Assembly: GCA_021737275.1 (NCBI GenBank)
Contig: JAIPEE010000008.1
Location: forward strand, 24,655 to 88,654
Direction of reading: 5' to 3'
Source of the DNA: Desulfobacterales bacterium
GTDB lineage: Bacteria; Desulfobacterota; Desulfobacteria; Desulfobacterales; JAIPEE01
DNA: 64,000 nt
Shown in pieces: positions 9,984-19,866 of the stretch. Position 1 is the first letter of the stretch, and each line of letters opens with the position of its first letter. The notes beneath the pieces are model-generated. The model made no database searches, was not told the origin of the DNA, and saw only the letters and a list, made by a program, of their open reading frames with translations. A program made the position numbers and the translations under genes.

Positions 9984-9999
9984 CGTTGTAAAGTATCCG

Positions 10000-10491
10000 T
10001 TAATTCTCTTCCTTTATAACCTGTCCGATGCTAACAAATGAAATACCCTGTCCGGATGAAGCCCCAATCATTACACATTCAATAATGGGGACATTGACCT
10101 CTTTTTCGGCATTCCATTTAACAATAAAGTTTGCACCAAACCCACCGCTTTTATCGGTTTCCGGGGAGTACAGATACGTTGATTCGAGAGGCGCAAGCGT
10201 TACAGGCCGATCATAAAGCTTTTTAATCAGTTCTCCCTTAGTATTGTAATAATCAACAGAACTAATTGTGATTGGATTTGAAATATTTGTATTTCTGATG
10301 CTCAACATCGTTGCGAGATTAAACTCAACTTTTTTGGGTGAACTGAAAACATTTGAATAAACCGGAACGTAAACGGTTTGTCCTTTTGAAAGCCTGTATT
10401 CCAGAGATGCCATACACACTTGTGTAAAAAAAAGGACAAGCAGCAAGATCGCTATTGAGATGGAGATTTGTTTATTTTTATTATTTTTCAT
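10000..10491 (-). CDS. Secreted DUF3124-like protein
   Basis: Signal peptide; GQTVYVPVYSNVF...SIRNT motif. Sits 16 bp upstream of the hydrolase gene on the same strand. Confidence 0.6.
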   Translation of the reverse strand: MKNNKNKQISISIAILLLVLFFTQVCMASLEYRLSKGQTVYVPVYSNVFSSPKKVEFNLATMLSIRNTNISNPITISSVDYYNTKGELIKKLYDRPVTLAPLESTYLYSPETDKSGGFGANFIVKWNAEKEVNVPIIECVMIGASSGQGISFVSIGQVIKEEN

Positions 10492-10722
10492 TTCATCACC
10501 TTTAAACAGATATTAATATGAGCAGGGCATGATTTTTTAATAGTAATTAATTTATATGTTATTATATAAAAAAACAAGCCTTTGCAACGACCCGTTCTGA
10601 AAACATCAGAAATATTAACTCAATCCATGATTTGATGAGGGCAAACATGCCGCTTCTTTTTATCTATTGGTTTATGTGAGATCGTAATTTTTTGCCTGGC
10701 CGGGATAATGTGACAATAGAAA

Positions 10723-11580
10723 TTATTTCTGCCTTACAAATGTCCCTTTTTCATACTCATCAAATGCAATTTCGAGCTCTTCCTGAGTATTCATAACGAT
10801 GGGGCCGCGCCATGCAACCGGTTCATCAATTGGTTTTCCGGAGACAAGTAAAAACCTGACCGGTTCATTTTCAGTGCCGGCTGCAATTTCATCACCATCT
10901 CCAAAAAGAATTACCGTTTCATTATCGGCAAGTGTCGATTTTCTCCTGTCAAAATAACCTTTACCGCCGATCACGTAGGCAAACACATTGTGCCCCTGTT
11001 TGGTCGGATGGTTATAAGCGGTATCAGCAGGAACAGTTATATCAATATATTCCGGATCAATAACAATATCACCAACCGGGCCTTTTATTTCTCCGATCTT
11101 TCCGCAGATAATCTTTATCTTTGTTCCATTATCAAGTTGAACAATCGGAATCTGACTGGATTTTACATCACGATAACTCGGATCTATCATTTTCTGACTG
11201 GCTGGCAGGTTGGCCCACAACTGAAAACCTTCCATTCTGCCATCAGCAGTTCCTTTTGGCATTTCCTGGTGAATGATGCCACTACCGGCTGTCATCCACT
11301 GTACATCACCTGAAGAGATGATACCTTTATTTCCCATACTGTCGCCGTGTTCAACATTTCCATCAAGTACGTAGGTGATTGTCTCAATGCCGCGGTGCGG
11401 GTGCCATGGAAATCCTTTGAGGAAATGGTCAGGATTATCTGAACGGAAATCGTCAAACATCAGGAATGGGTCAAACATCGGTAGTTCACTGAATCCAAAT
11501 CCCCTGTTGAGATGAACACCGGCACCTTCCATAACAGGTGTACTTTTGAATGATTTTTGGATATTTCTGGTTTTAGACAT
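10723..11580 (-). CDS. Pirin family protein
   Basis: Cupin metal motif HPHRGIETITYVLDG...H.D and GDVQWMTAGSGIIHQE. Confidence 0.9.
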   Translation of the reverse strand: MSKTRNIQKSFKSTPVMEGAGVHLNRGFGFSELPMFDPFLMFDDFRSDNPDHFLKGFPWHPHRGIETITYVLDGNVEHGDSMGNKGIISSGDVQWMTAGSGIIHQEMPKGTADGRMEGFQLWANLPASQKMIDPSYRDVKSSQIPIVQLDNGTKIKIICGKIGEIKGPVGDIVIDPEYIDITVPADTAYNHPTKQGHNVFAYVIGGKGYFDRRKSTLADNETVILFGDGDEIAAGTENEPVRFLLVSGKPIDEPVAWRGPIVMNTQEELEIAFDEYEKGTFVRQK

Positions 11581-11838
11581 AAAGATCTCCTTTAATAATA
11601 TAGCGTGCCGATAAAAATAAAACGTTAAGCCAAGTTGAATTATGGTGTGTGCTGTCGAGTGAATATGCTGAAAACTGTAGTGACTATGCTGATTAATTAT
11701 GAAAAATATTTAAATATTGCAAGAAGTATATTGAGCCGGACCCTAACCGTAAACATTTACCTTGAAAGAATAATAAAATACCCTTATTAAATTCCGGGCA
11801 TGGAATTTGGGGAACAACTGATTGTAATATAATAAAAT

Positions 11839-13185
11839 TTGGTTAATAAATTGTCCAAGAACGAACTGGGAACAGAAAACATTTGGAAGCTGGTGGTGAA
11901 GTATGCCATTCCGACCATCATCAGTTATTCCGTATACACGTTATATATTCTGACGGATAGAATATTTGTAGGGCAGGGGGTTGGTGCGGACGGCCTTGGT
12001 GCGCTTTCAATAGTTTATCCGGTCACATTTATTCAATTCAGTTTTGCTATCCTGGTTGGCCTGGGGGGTGGATCCCTTATCTCCATTGCTCTGGGCGAAA
12101 ATGATCGTGAAAAGGCTGAAAAATACCTGGGCAATGCCATTGCTATTACAGCACTGTATTCAATAGTATTTACAATTGCCGCTTTATATCTGATCCACCC
12201 GGTTTTCTCCCTGCTTAAAGTTGATGCTTCCATTTATGATATGGCGTACGGTTATATTTTAATCCTGCTGGTCAATACGCCGTTTCTTCTGTTTGACTTT
12301 ATATTTATCTGTTATATTCGCTCTGTTGGCGATCCCAACGGCTCCATGAAACTCATCATTGCCACCTGTGTGCTCAATATTATTTTAGACCCGCTCTTTA
12401 TCTTTGTTTTCAAATGGGGAGTAAATGGTGCGGCTATCGCAACTATAATTTCTGAAATTTTGGGCTGTGCGATCGGTTTCTGGTACTTTCTTGCAAAAAA
12501 AGATGCCATCAGGCTCAGATTTAAAAATCTTCGTATAGAAAAGGCTATTATCCGGAGAATTGTTATACTTGGTTTTTCGCCCTTTGCCATGGAGCTTATT
12601 GTATCTGTGCAGCATGGTATTATGAATATTGAATTGATGAAAAATGGCGGCAAACTTGCTGTGGCGGCCATGGGTATCATTATCTCCATCTATACCGTTG
12701 TGATGCATATTATGTTCGGTTTTGGGGATGCGTCTCAGCCGATCTGGGGATATAATTACGGCGCAAAGAGATATGACAGAGTCTTTAAAACGCTCAAAAT
12801 CTCATTGGTTTACGGTTGTCTGACCGTTCTGTTTTTTATCATTATTTTTTATATTTTTACTGAACAGATTGTCTACTGCTTTACGACCGAACAGGATTTG
12901 ATATCTATGACGGTTCATGGGATGCGCCGGTTCATGTTCTTTTCTGTTTTTGCTACAGCTAATATCGTCATTTCACGATTCCTTCAGGCCATTGATAAAG
13001 CCAGGCTTTCCATATGGGTAGGGCTATCACGTCAGGGGTATATTTTTATTCCGGCAATCTATATCTTATCTGCCATTTATGGTCTGGACGGGATATGGTA
13101 TACGGGTGCCGTCAGTGACCTTCTGTCGGGGTTGCTGGCTATGGTTGTTTTATCAGCATCGTTAAAAAAGTTGAAGCTGGTATGA
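11839..13185 (+). CDS. MATE family efflux transporter
   Basis: 448 aa, about 12 hydrophobic helices, N-terminal KLVVKYAIPTII signature. TTG start in the ORF track. Confidence 0.8.
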   Translation: MVNKLSKNELGTENIWKLVVKYAIPTIISYSVYTLYILTDRIFVGQGVGADGLGALSIVYPVTFIQFSFAILVGLGGGSLISIALGENDREKAEKYLGNAIAITALYSIVFTIAALYLIHPVFSLLKVDASIYDMAYGYILILLVNTPFLLFDFIFICYIRSVGDPNGSMKLIIATCVLNIILDPLFIFVFKWGVNGAAIATIISEILGCAIGFWYFLAKKDAIRLRFKNLRIEKAIIRRIVILGFSPFAMELIVSVQHGIMNIELMKNGGKLAVAAMGIIISIYTVVMHIMFGFGDASQPIWGYNYGAKRYDRVFKTLKISLVYGCLTVLFFIIIFYIFTEQIVYCFTTEQDLISMTVHGMRRFMFFSVFATANIVISRFLQAIDKARLSIWVGLSRQGYIFIPAIYILSAIYGLDGIWYTGAVSDLLSGLLAMVVLSASLKKLKLV

Positions 13186-13195
13186 TAAACCGATT

Positions 13196-13771
13196 TTACC
13201 AATTTTCACTTAGAAGTTCAAAATATCCTGCAGGCTTAACACAGGCGGGGCATTGTTCAGGCGTTTCATTGCCTTCATGAATATAACCACAGCTTGTACA
13301 TCGCCAAACAACCTTTTTCTTTCGTTTTAAAACCCTTCCGAATTTAATGTTTTCAGCTAATGCCAGAAAACTTTTTTCATGTTGTTTTTCGGCAACAGTA
13401 ATAGCATCCCATGTTTCGGCTGCACGGATGTAATTCTCATCACGTGCTGTTTTAGCAAAATCCGGGTACATTTTTGTATGAACATTGTATTCAATAGCGG
13501 CTGAAGAGATCAGGTTGTCATAAGTGTTTTTAATGGCACCGGTTGGAAAATCATAATTAAGTTCAAGGTCACCCTCATTGAAGAACTTGAAAAACCGTAA
13601 GGCATGTTCAAGTTCCTGGTCCGCTGTTTCTTTAAAAAAACCGGCAATTTGCATAAACCCGTCATCTTGGGCTTTATTGGCAAAAAAGGTGTATCGGGCA
13701 TTTGCCTGTGTTTCGGCCGCAAAAGAGACAAGCAGGTTTTTTGCCGTCTGACTTTCTCTGAATTTTCCCAC
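13196..13771 (-). CDS. rbr: Rubrerythrin
   Basis: Diiron four-helix region (E...ExxH twice) plus C-terminal rubredoxin-like WRCTSCGY...CPAC. Confidence 0.9.
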   Translation of the reverse strand: MGKFRESQTAKNLLVSFAAETQANARYTFFANKAQDDGFMQIAGFFKETADQELEHALRFFKFFNEGDLELNYDFPTGAIKNTYDNLISSAAIEYNVHTKMYPDFAKTARDENYIRAAETWDAITVAEKQHEKSFLALAENIKFGRVLKRKKKVVWRCTSCGYIHEGNETPEQCPACVKPAGYFELLSENW

Positions 13772-13793
13772 GATATTCCTCCGTGGTTACCTT

Positions 13794-13994
13794 CTATTTG
13801 TCATCTTCGATAATTTCAATCGCATTGGCGCCACATTCAAGTGCCGCCTGGCGTGAAATCTCTTTATACTGTTCCGGTATTTCATCAAATTTGGCAATTG
13901 ATTTAAGTTCGTCTTCATTATACTCAAAAACTTCCGGGCAAAGATCATTGCAGTTTCTGTCCCCCATGCATGCTTCGGTAATGATTACTTTCAT
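13794..13994 (-). CDS. Small single-cluster ferredoxin
   Basis: 66 aa, CMGDRNCNDLCPEVF motif with a distal Cys (ECGANAIEI), acidic. Confidence 0.7.
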   Translation of the reverse strand: MKVIITEACMGDRNCNDLCPEVFEYNEDELKSIAKFDEIPEQYKEISRQAALECGANAIEIIEDDK

Positions 13995-14048
13995 TCTTCC
14001 TCCTGTTTGATTGGAAAATAAATATAAATTTAATGATAAGGTAAATGG

Positions 14049-15638
14049 TTACTTTTTCTTAAGATCGGAAATAACACGGCGCGCTGCATTATGACCGGGA
14101 GCACCGGTTACACCGCCACCGGGATGGACACCGGAGCCGCAAAGGTAAAGATCTTTTACGGGTGTTCGGTACTGAGCAGCTTCCGGGTGCGGGCGAAAGC
14201 TGAATAGCTGGTCAAGGTCATGCTTACCATGAAAAATATCAGCTTCAGTAAGTCCGTACTCTCTTTCCAGATCCAGAGGACTGATCATTTTACGTCCAAC
14301 AATTAGTTCACGGATATTAGGCATCGATATTGAAAGATAGTCAATGATCTGATCGGCAACATCCTCTTTGATATCATCCCATGAGGCATTATCTGCCAGC
14401 TCATAGGGAAAATATTTTGCAAGTATACTCATCACATGATGTCCGGCCGGTGCCAGAGTGTCATCAACAGTAGAGGGCATTACAATTTCAAGGCGTGGCT
14501 CTTTTGGGAGTTTGCCGACTGCTGCCGCAAAGTAATTTTCTTCCATGCCTTTAATATCCGGAAAAATAGTGATGTCCGAACGGTGCCAGGGTCCCTCTTT
14601 CCCCTGCTCAAAAAACCGGATATCCGGTAAACCCTTGAGTGCCAGATTAAGTTTCAGTGAGGAGTGGCCCATGCGAATTTGTTTAATATCTTTTGCAAAT
14701 TCCGGATCAAGATGTTTTTGATCCAGTAACTTTAAAAATGTCCGCTTAGGATCAGTGTTGGCCAGCACACAGCGGGCCTTGATTTTATTACCGTTTTCAA
14801 GCAACACACCGGATGCCCGACCATTTTCAATCATAATTTCTTTGACCGGGGCATCTGTTATTATCTCTACGCCTTTAGATCGGGCAAAAGAGGCCATGGC
14901 CTGGGTAATACTCCCCATTCCGCCTTTTACCAGGCGCCAGGCACCCAGTTCACCATCCAGCTCACCTACCGCCATATGGAAAAAAGGTATGGCAGATGAA
15001 GGTTGCTTGAGGCTGGCATAGTTACCGGAAAAACAGGAAGATGCATACATATTTTTTATCATCGGACTTTCAAACCAGCGTTCAATCAGATCATATGCGC
15101 TGCTGGTAAACAGTTGAAACAGGCGGTGGCGATGTTTAGCGGAAAGCTTTCGGACCTCAAGCCCCATTTTTCCCAGAGAAATCAGGTCCGTTATACCTAT
15201 ATTAAGTTTTGGCGCTTCCATCAGCATTTGCTTGCGGACAACCCTGCCTGCTTCCTGAACCATTGCATCAAATTTTTCCATAGCATCATAATCCGTTCTG
15301 GAAAAACGCGCGACTTCCTTTCGGTTATGATTTTTATCATCGGTCAGAAATAGATAATTGTCATTGCAAATACAGAGAATACCATCTGTTTTGATCGTAC
15401 TGTATCCATGTTTTTTAAGTTCGAGATCACGGGTTACTTCATCCCGCAGGAGGCTCACTACATATGAAATCGTAGAGACATGATACCCGGGGTGAATCTC
15501 TTCAGTTACAACAGCTCCGCCTACCATGGATCGTTTTTCAAGAACAAGCACTTTCAGTCCGGCTTTTCCCAGATACCCTGCAGCTGTTAAACCGTTGTGC
15601 CCACCACCTACGATAATTGCATCATACCCGATACTCAT
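14049..15638 (-). CDS. FAD-dependent oxidoreductase, phytoene desaturase (CrtI) family
   Basis: YDAIIVGGGHNGLTAAGYLGKAGLKVLVLEKRSMVGG dinucleotide fold; C-terminal LYLCGSGVHPGGGVTG. Confidence 0.85.
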   Translation of the reverse strand: MSIGYDAIIVGGGHNGLTAAGYLGKAGLKVLVLEKRSMVGGAVVTEEIHPGYHVSTISYVVSLLRDEVTRDLELKKHGYSTIKTDGILCICNDNYLFLTDDKNHNRKEVARFSRTDYDAMEKFDAMVQEAGRVVRKQMLMEAPKLNIGITDLISLGKMGLEVRKLSAKHRHRLFQLFTSSAYDLIERWFESPMIKNMYASSCFSGNYASLKQPSSAIPFFHMAVGELDGELGAWRLVKGGMGSITQAMASFARSKGVEIITDAPVKEIMIENGRASGVLLENGNKIKARCVLANTDPKRTFLKLLDQKHLDPEFAKDIKQIRMGHSSLKLNLALKGLPDIRFFEQGKEGPWHRSDITIFPDIKGMEENYFAAAVGKLPKEPRLEIVMPSTVDDTLAPAGHHVMSILAKYFPYELADNASWDDIKEDVADQIIDYLSISMPNIRELIVGRKMISPLDLEREYGLTEADIFHGKHDLDQLFSFRPHPEAAQYRTPVKDLYLCGSGVHPGGGVTGAPGHNAARRVISDLKKK

Positions 15639-15752
15639 CGACCCACCTCATCGTTTAAGATTAAAAATGGAAGAAACTATAGAATTTTTAATTTTATACC
15701 TGATATTTTGTGAAAAATAAATATAATATATTTTTGTTATCATACAAAGTTC

Positions 15753-16958
15753 TTAAATTGTTGATTCAGCTATCTCATCAACGGTGATACCAAGCTCAGC
15801 TATTATTTTCAGATAGAGATCAATTGCATTCGTGTCAAGTACCTCAGGTGTGAAAACACCTTTTTTTGTTACAACATCATCAACAATCAATTTGGAAAAA
15901 GCAAAAGCAAGCTGGCCGGTAGAATAGGACTCATGTGAGAGTTTAGTCTTTTCGAAAGATTCTTCGAGGCCGGGTCCATTAATATAATTATCAATCCGGA
16001 TATGTTTTCCGCCTTTTGTTCCTTCAACACGGACAACATAGGCAGCTTCTTCTTGAAGGATTCCCGCATCAATAATCTTCCGTATCTCTTCAGGGTCTGA
16101 AGGTGCAGGAGGAGCAAGATGCCATATCAGTTCAATAGGAACAACCTTGCGACCATTCACTTCAATCTCATCACGACCCAGCAGGCCCATCTTATAAAAA
16201 TTTTCTGCCAGCTCCATACCGGGACCGCCATATCGGACACGGCAGTTTTTCAAACCTTCAAAAAACCTGAAATAGGTAATGGGTTCTTCGTGGTGATGAT
16301 CACAAACCCTTCTTTTCCCTTCAATACCACGGAATTGTAACATTTCAGAACCGTTGAAAGGCGGTACACGAATTAATTCACCATCTCTGACAATAACAGG
16401 TTCAGTGGCCATGTCATCAAAGGCAGTTTCAGGTGACCACCAGAAGGGGACAAACATGTTTGTCCACATACCATCATAAATAATAAGGTCAATCGTATCC
16501 AGTTCATCAAGTTTATTTGCAGAATACCTTGCAAGAACGCTCATCAGGCCCGGTGCTGTACCGGTATGCATTAAGGCTGTCAAGCCGGCTTCTTTGAACC
16601 GGTCATCCATATCCAGTTGTTTATTTATGCCGGTTATCAGGGAACCGTCTACCTGGTCTGAAGCAAGATCCTGATAAGCCATTTTTCCCTGAAGTGCGGC
16701 TTCCATCAGATTGAAGTTATAATCCGGTGGGAGGGCATTAATGAGCAGGTCAGCGCTTTTTACAACATCAAGAATATTGTTTATATTACCTGCGTCAACT
16801 TTTACAGCAGTTGCTTTATTAAGCTGATCGGCAAGTTTTTCAGCCGCAGCAATATTATAATCTCCGCAGATCAACTCTGATACATTCTTTTCATCATTCA
16901 GGCGCTTGGCCATAATACTGCCCTGAACGCCGGTTCCCAAAATGGCTACTTTTTTCAT
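15753..16958 (-). CDS. Saccharopine dehydrogenase family NAD(P)-binding protein
   Basis: Start moved to ATG 16958 (AGGAGAG RBS). MKKVAILGTGVQG Rossmann motif; overall length fits. Confidence 0.7.
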   Translation of the reverse strand: MKKVAILGTGVQGSIMAKRLNDEKNVSELICGDYNIAAAEKLADQLNKATAVKVDAGNINNILDVVKSADLLINALPPDYNFNLMEAALQGKMAYQDLASDQVDGSLITGINKQLDMDDRFKEAGLTALMHTGTAPGLMSVLARYSANKLDELDTIDLIIYDGMWTNMFVPFWWSPETAFDDMATEPVIVRDGELIRVPPFNGSEMLQFRGIEGKRRVCDHHHEEPITYFRFFEGLKNCRVRYGGPGMELAENFYKMGLLGRDEIEVNGRKVVPIELIWHLAPPAPSDPEEIRKIIDAGILQEEAAYVVRVEGTKGGKHIRIDNYINGPGLEESFEKTKLSHESYSTGQLAFAFSKLIVDDVVTKKGVFTPEVLDTNAIDLYLKIIAELGITVDEIAESTI

Positions 16959-17077
16959 GTTTATTCTCTCCTGATTGGTTACGTTTTTTATAATGTAATC
17001 TTTTTTTCCCAAAGATTGTTTCTCAGATATATCAGATACCCGGCCTGATCAGTTTTGCATTAACAATTTAAGTCATA

Positions 17078-17130
17078 AAAATTAAAAATAGCTTTATTTG
17101 AATTTTTAATTTTGAATGAACATTCAAAAT
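17078..17130. promoter_or_regulatory. Two overlapping perfect palindromes in a divergent promoter region (candidate operator)
   Basis: AAAATTAAAAAT-N12-ATTTTTAATTTT (17078..17113) and ATTTTGAATG-AA-CATTCAAAAT (17109..17130), inside the 460-bp gap between divergent genes. Confidence 0.4.
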
Positions 17131-17420
17131 TGATTGTATTAATAACTGAACAAATATTTCATGTCAATCAATAATTTTTTCATCATCAAAGTTTATTCAA
17201 TTATATAAAGTGTTTAGAATAAAGATAACGTTTGAGTAATTCTCAATGGATAAACACGTTCCTTTTCGTTCAAATTTTTTACAGATAAACTGAAAGGTCT
17301 TTTTTGATAAAATATTTTTTTCCGCTCTATGGATTGCTTCAATAGCGATGAAATATTGTTTTAAGTTACAAAGTATTCTAAACTGCCAACATTAAATCAA
17401 ATAATTGAGGAAAAATACAA

Positions 17421-18110
17421 ATGAAAAAATATTCAATAATATTTTTTGTAATATTTTGCATAATTTTAATTGGCGGCGCTAATTTTAAAACAAGCCTTGG
17501 ACAAAATAGTACATTTTCAGTATCGGGCAAAATTATTAATGGCCTTCGCCAGATAGAACTTGCTGAAAATGATTCAAATCTTGATTTGCATGTATATCGG
17601 GGTGACTACGTTCAATTTCTTCCCAGGCTAAAGTACAGTGCCTTGTTTACTCTTGAAGCTCTGAAGATCAGTGAAACGATACCGCTCAAAACAGAAAAAC
17701 CTTATATCACGTTTAAAGAACTGGGCGTTTTCTCTTTTAAAATTGATGGTGCTCATCAGGGCACAATAACTGTTCATAAGCTTGAAAGGTCCAATTATAC
17801 TGAGGTCAATGCAAAAGAAGCACAAGAACTAATTCAATCCATTGACCTTTTTCTCCTTGATGTGAGAACCGTTTGGGAATTCCAACAGGGGCATTTGAGA
17901 GATGCTTACCTCTTACCTGTAAGCGATTTGCAGTATAAGCTGAACAGTATCAGCCGGTATAAAGAGAACCCTGTATTAATTTATTGTCGTTCTGGAAACC
18001 GGAGTACTGTTGCTGCAAAAATTCTCCTCGATAATGGTTTTAAGCGGGTTTACAATATGCGTTATGGAATCAATGAATGGAAAAGAGAAAAATTTGAAAT
18101 TGTTAAATGA
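17421..18110 (+). CDS. Exported cupredoxin-like / rhodanese two-domain protein
   Basis: Signal peptide. C-terminal rhodanese domain LLDVRTVWEFQQGHL...YCRSGNRS active-site loop. See the finding on the TGA stop. Confidence 0.8.
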   Translation: MKKYSIIFFVIFCIILIGGANFKTSLGQNSTFSVSGKIINGLRQIELAENDSNLDLHVYRGDYVQFLPRLKYSALFTLEALKISETIPLKTEKPYITFKELGVFSFKIDGAHQGTITVHKLERSNYTEVNAKEAQELIQSIDLFLLDVRTVWEFQQGHLRDAYLLPVSDLQYKLNSISRYKENPVLIYCRSGNRSTVAAKILLDNGFKRVYNMRYGINEWKREKFEIVK

Positions 18111-18395
18111 ATTACCTGTAAAGACAGTTTCAAAACCCATGCGGGGTTTGAGATAAAAGCCGTTGTTTTTATTCTTACCGGCATGCCGATGGTTGAAATG
18201 CCGGATGGAATTATGACGGCCATGCACCGCAACGTTTCATTTAAAATTGGTGATTAAACAAACCTTTCATTCCAAAAAATCCCGGGTTGATAAATAATAT
18301 AAATTGTCATATTGGTTTTTAAACAATTTATAAATAGAGGGATACGCCATTTTCTTCTGTTTATCAGTTAATTTTTCTATTTTTAAGGAGGGGTT

Positions 18396-18722
18396 ATGTT
18401 ACCCTGGATTCTTCTGGCTTGTGCCATTATGTTTGAAGTGGCCGGCACCACTGCAATGAAACTATCTGGTGGATTTTCCAAACTGATTCCTTCCATTCTG
18501 ATTTTTGTATGTTATGGACTGTGCTTCACTGTTCTCACCTTTACATTGAAGAAGATTGAAGTCAGTACGGTTTATGCAATATGGTCAGGAGTTGGCACGG
18601 CACTGATAGCTGTTATCGGGATACTGTACTTCAAAGAGTCTGTCAGTTTCATTAAAGTGATAAGTATTGCCCTGATAATTGCCGGTGTTGTCGGCCTGCA
18701 GCTTGGGACAAATGCACATTAA
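18396..18722 (+). CDS. SMR (EmrE/Qac-type) small multidrug efflux protein
   Basis: 108 aa, 4 TM helices, membrane Glu in FEVAGTTAMK, YAIWSGVG motif, AAGGAGG RBS. Confidence 0.9.
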   Translation: MLPWILLACAIMFEVAGTTAMKLSGGFSKLIPSILIFVCYGLCFTVLTFTLKKIEVSTVYAIWSGVGTALIAVIGILYFKESVSFIKVISIALIIAGVVGLQLGTNAH

Positions 18723-18816
18723 ATGTTTAGTTATTTATTGATTTGAGCCTGAAGATGTTACATGACAAGAGAAATAATTTTAAGATATTTTTTTAAAACG
18801 GATCAGGTGTTTTTAG

Positions 18817-19497
18817 TTGGAATTAAACCTTAACGGGATTGTTATCATCTGCGGTACATACGGCAGTGGTAAAACAGAAATAGCCATTAATCTTGCAATG
18901 TATTCAAAGCAGAGTGGTAAGGATGTCTGTCTGGCTGATCTTGATTTGATCAATCCCTATTTCAGAACGCAGGAAGCAGAAGCGCTGTTGAAAAAAGGGG
19001 GGGTTGCGCTTGTCCTTCCATCCGAAAGATATATTCAATCCGATCTTTTTGTATTAAACCCGACCATATCCGGTCTCATTAGAAATCCCCGCGAACTGAC
19101 AATCCTTGATGTCGGCGGTGACAAACCGGGCGCATCGGTACTGTCTGTTCTGGCCGATGCCATCGCAGGAAAAGATGTTACGATGCTTCAGGTGATTAAT
19201 CCTTTCAGGCCTTTTACTGAAACAGTTGAAGCATGCATTGATATGTTAAATGCGCTTCAGGAATCATCAAAACTTATGGTTACAGGGTTTATTGGAAATG
19301 CAAATATCATGGACGAGACATTGGCTGAAGATATTCATAAGGGCTATGATTTTGTGAAACAGGTTTCAGATAAAGCCGGACTGCCGATAGCGTTTATCAC
19401 CTGTCCATTACAACTTTTTTCGGAAATTAATTTTGAAGTATTTCCATGCCCGGTAATGCCTGTAAAGAGACATTTATTACCGCCATGGAAAAAATAA
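18817..19497 (+). CDS. P-loop NTPase of unknown function (MinD/CooC-like fold)
   Basis: Walker A CGTYGSGKT at the N-terminus; DLDLINPYFRTQE; LDVGGD (Walker B-like). TTG start. Confidence 0.6.
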   Translation: MELNLNGIVIICGTYGSGKTEIAINLAMYSKQSGKDVCLADLDLINPYFRTQEAEALLKKGGVALVLPSERYIQSDLFVLNPTISGLIRNPRELTILDVGGDKPGASVLSVLADAIAGKDVTMLQVINPFRPFTETVEACIDMLNALQESSKLMVTGFIGNANIMDETLAEDIHKGYDFVKQVSDKAGLPIAFITCPLQLFSEINFEVFPCPVMPVKRHLLPPWKK

Positions 19498-19617
19498 AGT
19501 AAATTTAATTTATGTTCAACATCTTGAAATAATTAATATCCTCGATTTTTAATGAAATTTATTATATACAAGACTAATTTGGAGCAAATTCCGCATACTT
19601 TTTACTGAGGAGCGTTA

Positions 19618-19854
19618 GTGCCTATGGCATTTAAACACATTATTGACACGGTGCGTTGTAAGGGCTGCGGATTGTGTATTACTGTCTGCCCGAAGGAGGT
19701 ACTGGAAATATCAGATAAAATCAGTACCAAAGGATATTTCCCTGCATATCAGGCACATCCGGAAAACTGTATATTCTGTACAGCCTGTTGTATTATGTGT
19801 CCTGACGTGGCAATTTCCATTGAAAAAAATGATGACGAACCTGATAAAACTTAA
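19618..19854 (+). CDS. korD: 2-oxoacid:ferredoxin oxidoreductase delta subunit (2x[4Fe-4S] ferredoxin)
   Basis: CKGCGLCITVCP and CIFCTACCIMCP motifs. First gene of a delta-alpha-beta-gamma operon. The start could be ATG 19624. Confidence 0.8.
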   Translation: MPMAFKHIIDTVRCKGCGLCITVCPKEVLEISDKISTKGYFPAYQAHPENCIFCTACCIMCPDVAISIEKNDDEPDKT

Positions 19855-19866
19855 ACGGAGGTCGCA

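Noticed and set aside
18258-18395. Possible guanidine (ykkC/mini-ykkC) riboswitch upstream of the SMR transporter
   Set aside because: I found no paired hairpins with ACGR loops and no ykkC-type conserved blocks. The transporter has the Qac/EmrE-type YAIWSGVG motif rather than the Gdx/SugE-type motif.
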